Assembly (NCBI GenBank): GCA_009700115.1
Contig: WLMU01000001.1
Coordinates: forward strand, 4,364 to 68,363
Length of the DNA: 64,000 nt
Reading direction: 5' to 3'
From: Actinomycetota bacterium
Lineage (GTDB): Bacteria; Actinomycetota; Acidimicrobiia; Acidimicrobiales; Acidimicrobilacustridaceae
Both the position numbers and the translations under genes were made by a program. Shown here piece by piece: positions 17,210 to 26,729 of this stretch. The notes under the pieces are model-generated. The model saw nothing but the letters and a program-made list of their open reading frames with translations. It did not search any database and was not told the DNA's origin. Numbering within the stretch: position 1 is the stretch's first letter; the number at the start of each line of letters is the position of its first letter.

Positions 17210-18793
17210 ATGCGAGTGGAGATCACGTCCGCCGATCTGGCGCCGAACGCATTGCGGCGCTGGGCCGACGAGACGCCCGAACAGATCCTGCTGCACCATG
17301 TGGATGGTCGTGTCCTCTCCTATGGCGATGCAGTGGGGATGTGTGATGCCTGGGCTGGCGGTTTTCATCGTCGGGGAATCGATTCCGGTTCCGTGGTTGG
17401 GATCTTTGTAAGCGACTCTTTCGATTGCGCCCGTGCTTGGTTGGCCGTGACCTCGGCCGGAATGATTGCGGTGCCGGTGAATACCGCCCACATGGGCCGT
17501 ATGTTGCGCCATGTCCTCGCTACCGCGCGTATGCGGGCCGTTGTCGCGTCGGCCGACCTTGTGGGTCGACTTAGCGAAGCATCGGTGGATTCCGATTTGA
17601 CCGATGTCATTGTGTACGACGAGGAATGGAGCGGTGGACGCGTCGGTGACGTGGCTGCAGTGGGTCTCCGTGAATTTCTGTCAGGGACTCCATCGGTTCC
17701 GCCTTTTTGTCCCGAACTCCATGACACAGCGATGTTCCTCTTCACCTCAGGGAGTACCGGTCCATCCAAAGCCGTTGTGATTCCCTGGGCCGCGTCTCAT
17801 TCCCATTGGTCTTGGGTTCCGGAGGACACTCTGATGAAAGGCGAGGCGCTGTATGCGCCGGTCGCCATGTTTCACAATTCCGGCATAGGAGCTCTGCAAT
17901 ATGTCGTGTGGAAGGGCGGACGGCTCGTGATTCGCGACAGGTTTAGTGCGAGCGCGTTCTGGGCCGACATTCGGATGTCGGGAGCGGTCGCGTGCGGTGT
18001 TGTCGGGCCGATGACGAGCGTTCTGTGGTCGCAGAACGCCGAACCTGATGATGCCGAGAATCCTTTGCGCAGTCTTGTGTTGGGCCCGATGATCGAACAG
18101 ATGGAAGAGTTCGAGCAGCGCTTCGGGACGCGCGTTTGCACGGCTTACGGGATGACCGAAGTGCCGAGCATGGTGGCTACTGGATGGGATCACGGACCAT
18201 GGCAGACGTCGGGCGCGGTGGTGGCGGGATGGCCTTGGCCGGAATTGGCGCTTGTCGATGAACATGACATGCCCGTTGCTGTCGGCGAAGTCGGGGAGTT
18301 GGTTGTCCGGACCGGGGCTCCGTGGGCGCTCAACGGGGGATACTTCGGAGATCCTGCGGCAACAGCTGAGGCATGGCGCAACGGCTGGTTCCACACTGGC
18401 GATGCGCTGCGTCAGGATGATGAAGGTCGATTCTTCTTTGTGGATCGAATGAAGGACACGATCCGACGGCGGGGGGAGAACATCTCGTCATTCGAGGTCG
18501 AGTCCGTGGTTCTCGAACACCCGGCTGTAGTCGCGTGCGCAGCCTTCGGTGTTCCCGATGGGTTCGGTGGCGATGATGTGATGGTTGCGGTGGTTGTGCG
18601 GGAAGGGGCTGCACTCAAGCCTGCGCAATTCTTTGAGCACCTATCGAAGGAGATGCCGTCCTACATGGTGCCGAGATATATCGACGTCGTCATCGAGATT
18701 CCGCACAACACGACCACGCTACGCGTACAGAAGTTTGTCCTTCGCGATCGTGGAGTCACCTCCACGACTTGGGACCGCTCAGTGATCGCCTGA
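17210..18793 (+). CDS. Acyl-CoA synthetase (CaiC-like AMP-binding protein)
   Basis: FTSGSTGPSK, YGMTE, WFHTGD, RRRGENISSFEVE. Confidence 0.92.
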   Translation: MRVEITSADLAPNALRRWADETPEQILLHHVDGRVLSYGDAVGMCDAWAGGFHRRGIDSGSVVGIFVSDSFDCARAWLAVTSAGMIAVPVNTAHMGRMLRHVLATARMRAVVASADLVGRLSEASVDSDLTDVIVYDEEWSGGRVGDVAAVGLREFLSGTPSVPPFCPELHDTAMFLFTSGSTGPSKAVVIPWAASHSHWSWVPEDTLMKGEALYAPVAMFHNSGIGALQYVVWKGGRLVIRDRFSASAFWADIRMSGAVACGVVGPMTSVLWSQNAEPDDAENPLRSLVLGPMIEQMEEFEQRFGTRVCTAYGMTEVPSMVATGWDHGPWQTSGAVVAGWPWPELALVDEHDMPVAVGEVGELVVRTGAPWALNGGYFGDPAATAEAWRNGWFHTGDALRQDDEGRFFFVDRMKDTIRRRGENISSFEVESVVLEHPAVVACAAFGVPDGFGGDDVMVAVVVREGAALKPAQFFEHLSKEMPSYMVPRYIDVVIEIPHNTTTLRVQKFVLRDRGVTSTTWDRSVIA

Positions 18794-18813
18794 CGGGGTT
18801 GGGCGGTTGGTGA

Positions 18814-19683
18814 TCAGCGGAAGCGGGACAGGCTTGCTCCTGCGATTTCGGAGCGCAGATCGCGCGATGAAATGATCAACGGCTCCGCAGCTTTTACCCG
18901 GCGGAGCCACTTGTGCCACGACTCATCTTCCAGGATTCCGATTCCGCCAGCGAGACGTAACGCTTCGGTGGTGGTGGCGAGGCACCGTTGTACAGCGATG
19001 AGTTTCGCTCGCGCCGCGGCAAGTCGAATTTCCTGAGCGGAACCGCGTCGATCGATGTGCGCTGCGGCGTCGAGCACCGCGTCCCATGCTTGGGTCACGC
19101 CTATTTTCATATCGCTACACCGATGGCGCACGACCTGCTGGTCGCCGAGGACCGAACCTCTTATGGGGCGACTGGAGACCCGTGCAATCGATGCGTCGAG
19201 TGAAGCCTCTGCGGCTCCGACGCACTCGGCGGCGACAAGGGTCATCGCATGAGGGATGACTCCGGCAACATCGTGGGCGCGTTCGTCGATGATGTGTGCT
19301 GTCTCGAACTCGATACGGCCCGCCTGAGGGTCATCGAGTGTCGGTTGCGCAATGCGATGAGCTGCCTGAAGGTCGACGGTAAACACGGTTCCGTGTCGAG
19401 CAGCAACCAGAGCAGTTGATGCGGTCATCGCGAGGGGAACGTGATCGCAACTGTGGCCGTCTGGGTCGAGCGCAACAGTGATATCGGGTCCACCGCGCCA
19501 ACCAAGTAGACGGGCGAAAGCGAATCCGACGAATCGAAGTTCAGAAGCGGCGCGTCCCGATTCGCGAGCGACCATGCAAAGTTCGGTGAACGAAGAACTT
19601 GATGGGGGAATTGTCCCGGTGCGGAATGCCTCGCTCGCATGGGAGGCCAAGGTGTTCTGTTCGGGCGTGATGTCGAGGTTCAT
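18814..19683 (-). CDS. Acyl-CoA dehydrogenase, short (beta-type) subunit
   Basis: AAECVGAA, QVVRHRCSDM, LAGGIG. ATGA-coupled to the upstream ACAD. Confidence 0.72.
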   Translation of the reverse strand: MNLDITPEQNTLASHASEAFRTGTIPPSSSSFTELCMVARESGRAASELRFVGFAFARLLGWRGGPDITVALDPDGHSCDHVPLAMTASTALVAARHGTVFTVDLQAAHRIAQPTLDDPQAGRIEFETAHIIDERAHDVAGVIPHAMTLVAAECVGAAEASLDASIARVSSRPIRGSVLGDQQVVRHRCSDMKIGVTQAWDAVLDAAAHIDRRGSAQEIRLAAARAKLIAVQRCLATTTEALRLAGGIGILEDESWHKWLRRVKAAEPLIISSRDLRSEIAGASLSRFR

Positions 19684-20846
19684 GACGCGCCAACCCGACC
19701 GAGGAGGATCGTTGCGATGATGTCGCGGTGGACTTCATTGGCACCGCCACCGATTGTTCCGTGCACGCGCTCGAGGAACTCCCATGCGAACCGTCCGTCG
19801 GCAGCAGCGCCGGCGGGAGCTTCACCACCAAACAGCGGAGCCCATACGAGCCCGGACTGTCCAGCGATTTCCGTCGCGCTTTGGGCAATCGCGACCAACA
19901 GTTCGGTTGTTACGACTTTCGCCATAGCGGGGATCAGGGTGTCGTCGACACCGCGTATCTGAGCCCAGAGAGCCCGACGCGACAGCAGTTCGGCCGCGGA
20001 CCAATCTGCTTCAAGTCTGCCAATCTCGTTGATGACAAGTGGATCATCGGCGAGAACGATGGCATCTCGCGTGGTGGTGCATACGAACTGCGAGAGGAGG
20101 TCCAGTACGTGCCGGGCGAATCCGATCCAGAACATGCCCGACCGCTCGGCGCCAAGTGCTGCACTCATCTGCCGCCAACCGTTGCCTTCGATGCCGAGAA
20201 GCGCTTCGGGAGCGAGTTCGACATTGGCGAAGTCGATGTCATCGAGTGTCCATCCGTTCATCGTGCGATGGCGGTGCACTGTGATGCCTGGCAACGTCAT
20301 GTCTACGAGGAACATCGACATGGCTTCGCGCGGGGATGCATGATCGTCGGTTCTCGCAATAGTCACGCACCAGTCCGATTTGTGCGCGCCGGTGACAAGC
20401 GTTTTGGTTCCATTGAGGATCCAGCCGCGACTACCTCGCACAGCGGTTGTTGCGAGTGCGGTGAGATCGCTGCCTGCGCCGGACTCCGTGTATGCCGAAC
20501 AGGCCTCGACGAGTCCGGCACGCATTGATTCCCCAACGAGCGTGTGAGCTTCCGAGGTCGCAAATTTCTCGACGGCGGCACCGGCCAATGTCATCGCGGT
20601 ATCGATAAGTGGAGCGTCGGCACGCGCCATTTCGTAATTGAAGACTGCCTGAAACTCGAGGGGGAGCGAGAGCCAGCCACGAGACCCCGCATCGGCCTGG
20701 AGGCGCCGTTCGAACTTCTCGTCGAGTCCGGTGAGGTCGGAAGGGTCGGAGTTGACGGCGGAAAGCTCGGGCTCGATGGTGGAGAGCCATTCGAGCACGT
20801 CGACCCGAAAGGATTCGGCCTCGGTGGAGAACCGGAAATCAGCCAC
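19680..20846 (-). CDS. Acyl-CoA dehydrogenase (alpha-type subunit)
   Basis: YTESGAGSDL, LNGTK, GAERS, TIGGGANE. Start is GTG 20846 or 20879. Confidence 0.85.
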   Translation of the reverse strand: MADFRFSTEAESFRVDVLEWLSTIEPELSAVNSDPSDLTGLDEKFERRLQADAGSRGWLSLPLEFQAVFNYEMARADAPLIDTAMTLAGAAVEKFATSEAHTLVGESMRAGLVEACSAYTESGAGSDLTALATTAVRGSRGWILNGTKTLVTGAHKSDWCVTIARTDDHASPREAMSMFLVDMTLPGITVHRHRTMNGWTLDDIDFANVELAPEALLGIEGNGWRQMSAALGAERSGMFWIGFARHVLDLLSQFVCTTTRDAIVLADDPLVINEIGRLEADWSAAELLSRRALWAQIRGVDDTLIPAMAKVVTTELLVAIAQSATEIAGQSGLVWAPLFGGEAPAGAAADGRFAWEFLERVHGTIGGGANEVHRDIIATILLGRVGAS

Positions 20847-20908
20847 GCGACACGAAACGCCATGAGCGGTTTCGCTCACGAATTATGTACATGGTGTAAA
20901 TACTAGTC

Positions 20909-21652
20909 ATGGTAAATTCCAAGGTCTACATCCACGAGTTCATTGACATCATCGGTCATAACCGCGCGAATTACATGCATCACATGACGGCGAACTGGTC
21001 GCCGAAGGCTCAGGTCGAACGCAATCAGCTCTGTTACGGCGTTTGGGGAACGGTGGGGACCACCCGCCGCTGGCCCGAAGTCGTGAACATCTGGGAAGAA
21101 GACGGATTTCCGGGTCTGGCCGAATCGTTTCGGCACGAATTCAATCACCCGACGCTTCAGGATCCGGCCCTTGCCGAATGGTGGGCTCGGGCATCGCAGT
21201 TCAGGAGATCGGGTATCGACCGCGTGCTCATCCCTGCGCCGTGGACGGACACGATCGAGCAGATCTGCGCCAAGGGTGTCCGCGGCGAAACCTATGCCCA
21301 CGAGGTCGTCAAGGTTCCGGCCGGTACTGCATGGGACGTTCTTGAGACGGTCCGCGAACAGGCTGCTCCGTTGTATTCGAAGTTCGGGTTCGTGTTGGTC
21401 GGCGCTTGGGCGACGGCGATGTGTAACGAATCGGAGATACTTCTGCTCTGGGCAATCCCGGCCTGGGAGAATTGGGGCGAGTTTGAGATTGCCCAACAAA
21501 CGGATTCGGCGATGCGAACATGGCAGGCAAAGGCGATCGAGATTTCAACCGATTGGAACAGGTTCTTGTTGGTCGATTCTCCGCTCTGTCCATTCCGCAC
21601 GGGGCGTCAACCGCAGGAGAGTGACAGAGACTCGTACCAACTTCCGGACTGA
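20909..21652 (+). CDS. NIPSNAP-like dimeric alpha+beta barrel protein
   Basis: Two repeats with YxHE, G(V/A)W and (NI/LL)W patterns; recognised as resembling actinobacterial NIPSNAP proteins. Confidence 0.6.
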   Translation: MVNSKVYIHEFIDIIGHNRANYMHHMTANWSPKAQVERNQLCYGVWGTVGTTRRWPEVVNIWEEDGFPGLAESFRHEFNHPTLQDPALAEWWARASQFRRSGIDRVLIPAPWTDTIEQICAKGVRGETYAHEVVKVPAGTAWDVLETVREQAAPLYSKFGFVLVGAWATAMCNESEILLLWAIPAWENWGEFEIAQQTDSAMRTWQAKAIEISTDWNRFLLVDSPLCPFRTGRQPQESDRDSYQLPD

Positions 21653-21689
21653 ACCCGACAATCATTCTCACGAACGCCGAGGCACGAAC

Positions 21690-22757
21690 ATGGAACAGAC
21701 CGAACGAACAGAACTTGTCGACGCATCTCGTATGCATGAGGTTATTGCGCAGGTCCTTATGGCCCTCGGCGTGGGAGATGTTGATGCCGATGTTGTCGCA
21801 GAGGTTTTGGTTGAGGCGGATCTGACGGGCGTCGATTCGCATGGGATCCACTTGCTCTTTATGTATGTCAACCGATTGGAGTCGGGCCAGATTCGGGTCG
21901 ACAGCGAGATCCAGGTACTCGACGATTCGGGATCAACGGTTTGGCTCGATGCGGGACTGGGAATCGGTCAAGTCGTGGGTATTAAGGCTGTTGATCTGGC
22001 CGTCGAACGGGCCAGAGAGTTTGGGGTGAGCGCTGTCAGTGTGCGCGAGGCGACCCATCTCGGTGCACTTGGGATTTACACGCGGCGCGCTGCTCAGGCA
22101 GGAATGATCTGCCTGTGTGTCCAGAACGGTCCAACCGTGGTACCTCCCTTTGGGGGCACGACGTCAATGTTCTCGACGAATCCCATCTCCTATGCGATTC
22201 CTACTCGAACCCACCCGACGATCGTGTACGACATTGCGACCACCGCAGTAGCCGGAAACAGGCTTCTTCTCGCAAAGCGACGAGGCGACGAGTCAATCCC
22301 GGAAGGATGGGCATCGGATGATCATGGTCGGCCCACCACCGATACCGAAGCGGCGTCTGTCTGGAACCTTCAGTGGTTCGGTGGGCACAAGGGTTACGGA
22401 CTTGGTTTTCTCGTCGAAGTCCTTGCGGGGGTTCTGGCCGGAAGTTCCTATGGTCGTACCGAGCACACGTCATCGGAGACGCAGGGACGCGAGCGCGTTG
22501 CGAAAGGTTTTACCTTCATCGCGATCGATCCAGATCGTTTTATCGGCAGCGAGGAGTTCGCTCGGCGCACGGACGAACTGATCGACGATGTACATCGTTC
22601 GGAGACTGCCGAGGGCGTCGACCGCATCGCGGTGCCGGGAGAATTCGAAGCTGAGCGACGCGCCCAGAGACTCCGCGACGGAGTGCCGATGTCGACGACG
22701 GTGATTGATGAGATCGACGAAATCGCTCGAGGGTTCGGGACCCAAACCTTGCGCTGA
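21690..22757 (+). CDS. Ldh_2 family (malate/L-sulfolactate/ureidoglycolate dehydrogenase-like) oxidoreductase
   Basis: DSHG, HLGALG, STNPI, GHKGYGL and VPGE motifs. Confidence 0.88.
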   Translation: MEQTERTELVDASRMHEVIAQVLMALGVGDVDADVVAEVLVEADLTGVDSHGIHLLFMYVNRLESGQIRVDSEIQVLDDSGSTVWLDAGLGIGQVVGIKAVDLAVERAREFGVSAVSVREATHLGALGIYTRRAAQAGMICLCVQNGPTVVPPFGGTTSMFSTNPISYAIPTRTHPTIVYDIATTAVAGNRLLLAKRRGDESIPEGWASDDHGRPTTDTEAASVWNLQWFGGHKGYGLGFLVEVLAGVLAGSSYGRTEHTSSETQGRERVAKGFTFIAIDPDRFIGSEEFARRTDELIDDVHRSETAEGVDRIAVPGEFEAERRAQRLRDGVPMSTTVIDEIDEIARGFGTQTLR

Positions 22758-22776
22758 GCGAGATCGGGCGCTGAAG

Positions 22777-23982
22777 TCAGCCGATGATTCCTGCTTCGCG
22801 AAGGTTGCTGATGGCGGTCGCGTCGAACCCGAGGACTTCTTTCAAGATGTCGTCTGTGTCCTCTCCGAGCCAAGGGGCGCGACGATCAACAAACGGTTTC
22901 CTGCCTGCCACGTTTACCGGATTGCCGGGGACTAAGTAGGGGTTGCCATCTCCACGTTCGAAAGGGATGAGCATGTTGCGCATGGCGACGTGGGGATCGC
23001 CGATCACATCGGCCGCGTCGTTGCAGGGCCCTGCGGGAATTCCCGCCTTGGCGAGCAGTTCGGCAATCTCGAGTTTAGGAAGGCGCGAGGTCCACTCCTC
23101 TATAGCGGGACGGAGAACCTCCTCGCGGTGGGTGACCCATCCATCGCGTGCGGCGAAACGCTCATCTTCAATCCATTCGGGATGGCCAACGATCGTCGCC
23201 AGTCTTTCGAACTGGTGCTCTCGGCTCACCTGAATGATGACGTCGCCGTCGGCGGCTGCGAAGGTCGAGATGATTGCGCCGGGAGCGCGTTGCGTCTCAC
23301 CCAGCGATGCGTACGCGGTGACGACGTCCGCGATCGCGAGCATCGAGTCGTACATCGCAATGTCGACATGTTGGCCGAGGCCGGTGGTCGAGCGTTGGAG
23401 GAGCGCCGAAAGAATTCCGATCGTGGCGAACATGCCGGACCCGATGTCACCGATGCCGCCCATCGGATTGATGACCGGACGCTGGCCCGGTTGACGAGCC
23501 CACTGGTAGATGCCTGACATGCCTTCTGCTATTCCGGCATAGGCCGGCCAGTCGCGGTACGGGGAGTTGGTTGTGTTTCCAAAGCCAGTCACCGACACAT
23601 AGATCACGCTCGGGTTGCGCTCCCTGACCGCGTCGTAGCCGAGCCCGAGAGCTTCCATGGAACCGGCTTTCGAATTCTGAACGAACACATCGCATTTCTC
23701 AGCGAGATCGAGTATCAGATCGGCGCCTTTCTTGATATCGATGCCGATGCTCCGTTTGTTCAGATTGTTGCGTATGTAGGTCGCTCCCACAGGTTTGCCA
23801 TCGGGGCCTTCGACGGTGGGGCTCGATGAGCGACCGGACTCGCCGATCGTCGGATGTTCGACCTTGATGACCTCAGCCCCGAGGCGGCCCAGCATTTGCG
23901 TTGCCCAGGGCGCAGCAATCATCTGCTCGATGGCAAGAACCCTGATTCCATGGAGCGGAAGTGACTCAGTAACGTCGGACAT
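22777..23982 (-). CDS. CaiB/BaiF class III CoA-transferase
   Basis: LGAEVIKVE, NLNKRSI, SVTGFG, GD catalytic Asp, APWLGEDT. Confidence 0.92.
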   Translation of the reverse strand: MSDVTESLPLHGIRVLAIEQMIAAPWATQMLGRLGAEVIKVEHPTIGESGRSSSPTVEGPDGKPVGATYIRNNLNKRSIGIDIKKGADLILDLAEKCDVFVQNSKAGSMEALGLGYDAVRERNPSVIYVSVTGFGNTTNSPYRDWPAYAGIAEGMSGIYQWARQPGQRPVINPMGGIGDIGSGMFATIGILSALLQRSTTGLGQHVDIAMYDSMLAIADVVTAYASLGETQRAPGAIISTFAAADGDVIIQVSREHQFERLATIVGHPEWIEDERFAARDGWVTHREEVLRPAIEEWTSRLPKLEIAELLAKAGIPAGPCNDAADVIGDPHVAMRNMLIPFERGDGNPYLVPGNPVNVAGRKPFVDRRAPWLGEDTDDILKEVLGFDATAISNLREAGIIG

Positions 23983-24073
23983 GGAAGTCACTCGCTTTCT
24001 GTTCGACATGTGTCGAGTTGGGGGTGCGGTTGGTTTTGCTGGCGTATCGGAGGTGGCGCCGGGTGCTCCTGCG

Positions 24074-24079
24074 TACAAT
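24074..24079 (+). promoter_or_regulatory. -10 box TACAAT of a probable leaderless transcript
   Basis: TACAAT lies 6 nt before ATG 24086, with no clear Shine-Dalgarno. Confidence 0.5.
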
Positions 24080-24085
24080 CGAGAC

Positions 24086-24886
24086 ATGGAAGCACCGATT
24101 GAGCCACCACTGCGGGCAATGGGCAACGACGACAAGACTCGGGTGCGCCTTCCGCGGATGGCCGAGGTCGTTGCCGACAGCATCCGTTCTCAGATACTGA
24201 CCGGTGAGATGCAGGTGGTTCCGCAGCTCGACGTACTGGTTAAGCAATACGAGGTGGGTCCGCCGGCAGCGCGCGAGGCCCTTCGCATTCTGGAGACCGA
24301 AGGTCTGATCACCGTTCGCCGAGGCAAAGTTGGTGGTGCCGACGTTCACATGCCAACGAACGAGCGGGTGGCCTACACCTTGAGTCTTGTTCTGCAGTCC
24401 TCGTCGACAGCACTCTCCGATGTTGGTGCCGCGCTGCGGCAACTTGAACCCCTGTGCGCGTCGATGTGTGCCGACCGTTCGGACAGGGCTACGACAATCG
24501 TTCCTGAACTCAAGCGACTCGTGAAAGAGCAGGAAGAAGCAATCGGAGATCGTCCCCGAACGATGAAACTCACTGATGAGTTTCACGCTCTCCTCGTCCG
24601 TCAATGCGGAAACGAGACCCTTGTTCAGGTTGTTGGTGCACTCGAAGCCATTTGGGCGAGCCACGCGCAGGTCGTGTTCGATGCGGAGGGCGTTGAGCTT
24701 GCTCCGCCAGCGGTCTGGAAGGCAGCTCTGAGTGAGCACGAGAAGATTGTGCAAGCGATAGCCGCAGGCGATTCCGCGAGAGTTGCCGATATTGCGCGCC
24801 GTCACTTGGAGGCGACGCACGCGTTCATGTCGACCGTGGGCGAAGTGGGGATGGTCACTGCCGCCCTTGTGCAACGCCGCCTCTGA
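24086..24886 (+). CDS. GntR/FadR family regulator with FCD domain
   Basis: VADSIRSQI, AREALRILETEGLITVRRG..GG, FHALL..CGN, EHEKIVQAI. Confidence 0.9.
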   Translation: MEAPIEPPLRAMGNDDKTRVRLPRMAEVVADSIRSQILTGEMQVVPQLDVLVKQYEVGPPAAREALRILETEGLITVRRGKVGGADVHMPTNERVAYTLSLVLQSSSTALSDVGAALRQLEPLCASMCADRSDRATTIVPELKRLVKEQEEAIGDRPRTMKLTDEFHALLVRQCGNETLVQVVGALEAIWASHAQVVFDAEGVELAPPAVWKAALSEHEKIVQAIAAGDSARVADIARRHLEATHAFMSTVGEVGMVTAALVQRRL

Positions 24887-25011
24887 TCTGCGGGTTGAGT
24901 TGGCTCCGACATTGCATCGGTTTCGAGTTCTGGTTCGTCCCGGCTTCGATTCCGGTTTCGATACAACTTCATCTGGTTCAGGGAGCCTGTCACTGTCGCC
25001 CCAAGAGTCCA

Positions 25012-25027
25012 TATCATGGCTATGTTA
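25012..25027. promoter_or_regulatory. Putative palindromic operator TATCAT-GGCT-ATGTTA
   Basis: One mismatch to TATCAT-N4-ATGATA, upstream of the TPP enzyme operon. Confidence 0.55.
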
Positions 25028-25093
25028 GTATGTGTTCGACACACGAAGGTCGGGTAGGTCCACGGCGCGTGGGTCCGAGATTGTGGGGGCACG

Positions 25094-26710
25094 ATGCAGG
25101 ACAACTCGCCAGAAGTCGAGGCTACAAACGGTAGTGAACTGCTCGTCTCCCAGTTGGTGGCTGAAGGGGTTGAGGTCGTCTTCGGGATCCCCGGAATTCA
25201 CCTCATGCACGCGCTCGATGCCATCTACCGCGAACCGGGGTTGGATTTCATCACCACGAGGCACGAGCAAGCGACGACGTATATGGCTGATGGCTATTCG
25301 CGCGTCACCGGAAAGCCCGGTGTCGCGATGGTGGTCCCCGGTCCAGGTGTTTACAACGCGGCATCGGGTCTCGCCACGGCGTGGGCTTGCTCGTCGCCGG
25401 TCATGATGATTGCCGGACAGGTAGAACAACACGGGCTCGGACTTGGTCTCGGACTTACCCATGAGATCCACGACCAACTTGAGGTCGTGCGGCCGATCAC
25501 GAAATCCTGCGAGCGTCTCGAGGACGTTGAGGACATGGCTGCGGCGGTGCGTCGAGGCTTTGCGGTCATGACCGATGGCCGGACTCGCCCTGTTGAAATT
25601 GAAGTGTCGCCCGAGCTTTTTGCTGCTCCGGTGAATGCGTCGGTGATCATCCCGACCGAGCCGTTGCGTCATGCCCCGGACCCTGAACTCGTGGGGCGCG
25701 CCGCTGATCTCTTGGCAAAGGCATCCAACCCCATGCTTGTCGGTGGGGCCGGTGTGGTGTTGTCGGACGCGTCTGCCTCATTCACCGCCGTCGCCGAGTT
25801 TCTTCAGGCGGCAGTCGTGAATACTCGTGAAGGTAAGGGCTGCATCGACGAGCGTCATCCGCTCTTCGCCGGCACAGCTTGGGTGAATCGTCGACTTCGC
25901 CCGGTCATCGACGCGGCGGATGTCGTGTTAGCCGTTGGGACCCGCTGTCAGGGTCTCAAGTTGGGGCCGCATCAGACCCTGATCCACATAGATGTTGATC
26001 CGAATGAATTCGGCAAACATGGTTCGCCGACACTCGCCATCGAGAGCGACGCACAAAGAGCGCTCGATCTGCTGATCGAAACGCTTGAGGCTCGTGGAGA
26101 TCGCAAACCGTCGCGCGGAAACGAATTGCAGTTGATACGCGCCGGAATCGATCTCGAATTCCAGGCTGTTGGTCCGCAACACGAGATGGTCAGTGCATTG
26201 CGGGCCGCTCTTCCGGAAGACGGAGTTTTGGCGACAGGGACTACGACGGTGGGGTACATGTGCCATCTCGCGTTTCCTGTGTACCAACCGCGCACCTACA
26301 TCACGTCGTCTTATATGGGGACCCTCGGTTACTGCTTTCCAACGGCACTTGGTGCAAAGGTCGGTCGGCCGGACCTGCCGGTTGTATCGATCAATGGTGA
26401 CGGCGGATTTCTGTTCTGTGCATCGGAACTCGCGACTGCCGTGCAATACGGAATCAATGTAGTGACGGTGGTGTTCAATGACTCGGCCTATGGCAATACG
26501 AATCGCGATCAGATGGAGAATTTCGGCGGTCGAATCATCGGCACGGATCTTGTCAATCCAGACTTCGTGAAGTTCGCAGAGTCTTTTGGCGCTGTCGGCG
26601 TCAGAGTCCACACGCCGGATGCACTTCGCGGAGCGATCGTCGAAGGACTGGCCGATGACCGACCGGTAGTGATCGAGATGCCAATGGATCGACTGCCGTC
26701 GCTCTTTTGA
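25094..26710 (+). CDS. Thiamine pyrophosphate-dependent enzyme (acetolactate-synthase-like decarboxylase/lyase)
   Basis: VFGIPG, RHEQ, PGPG, and GDGG...NDSAYGN TPP motif. Confidence 0.92.
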   Translation: MQDNSPEVEATNGSELLVSQLVAEGVEVVFGIPGIHLMHALDAIYREPGLDFITTRHEQATTYMADGYSRVTGKPGVAMVVPGPGVYNAASGLATAWACSSPVMMIAGQVEQHGLGLGLGLTHEIHDQLEVVRPITKSCERLEDVEDMAAAVRRGFAVMTDGRTRPVEIEVSPELFAAPVNASVIIPTEPLRHAPDPELVGRAADLLAKASNPMLVGGAGVVLSDASASFTAVAEFLQAAVVNTREGKGCIDERHPLFAGTAWVNRRLRPVIDAADVVLAVGTRCQGLKLGPHQTLIHIDVDPNEFGKHGSPTLAIESDAQRALDLLIETLEARGDRKPSRGNELQLIRAGIDLEFQAVGPQHEMVSALRAALPEDGVLATGTTTVGYMCHLAFPVYQPRTYITSSYMGTLGYCFPTALGAKVGRPDLPVVSINGDGGFLFCASELATAVQYGINVVTVVFNDSAYGNTNRDQMENFGGRIIGTDLVNPDFVKFAESFGAVGVRVHTPDALRGAIVEGLADDRPVVIEMPMDRLPSLF

Positions 26711-26729
26711 TGATGCACGGAGTGAAGCC

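Noticed and set aside
21171-21689. Apparent 528-aa ORF extending the Ldh_2 gene upstream
   Set aside because: The extension overlaps the NIPSNAP-like gene in another frame. Homology begins at ATG 21690, which follows GAGG.
24919-24964. GGTTCGA-like units as tRNA T-arm remnants or a CRISPR array
   Set aside because: There is no cloverleaf, the units are too short and degenerate, and there are no spacers or cas genes.
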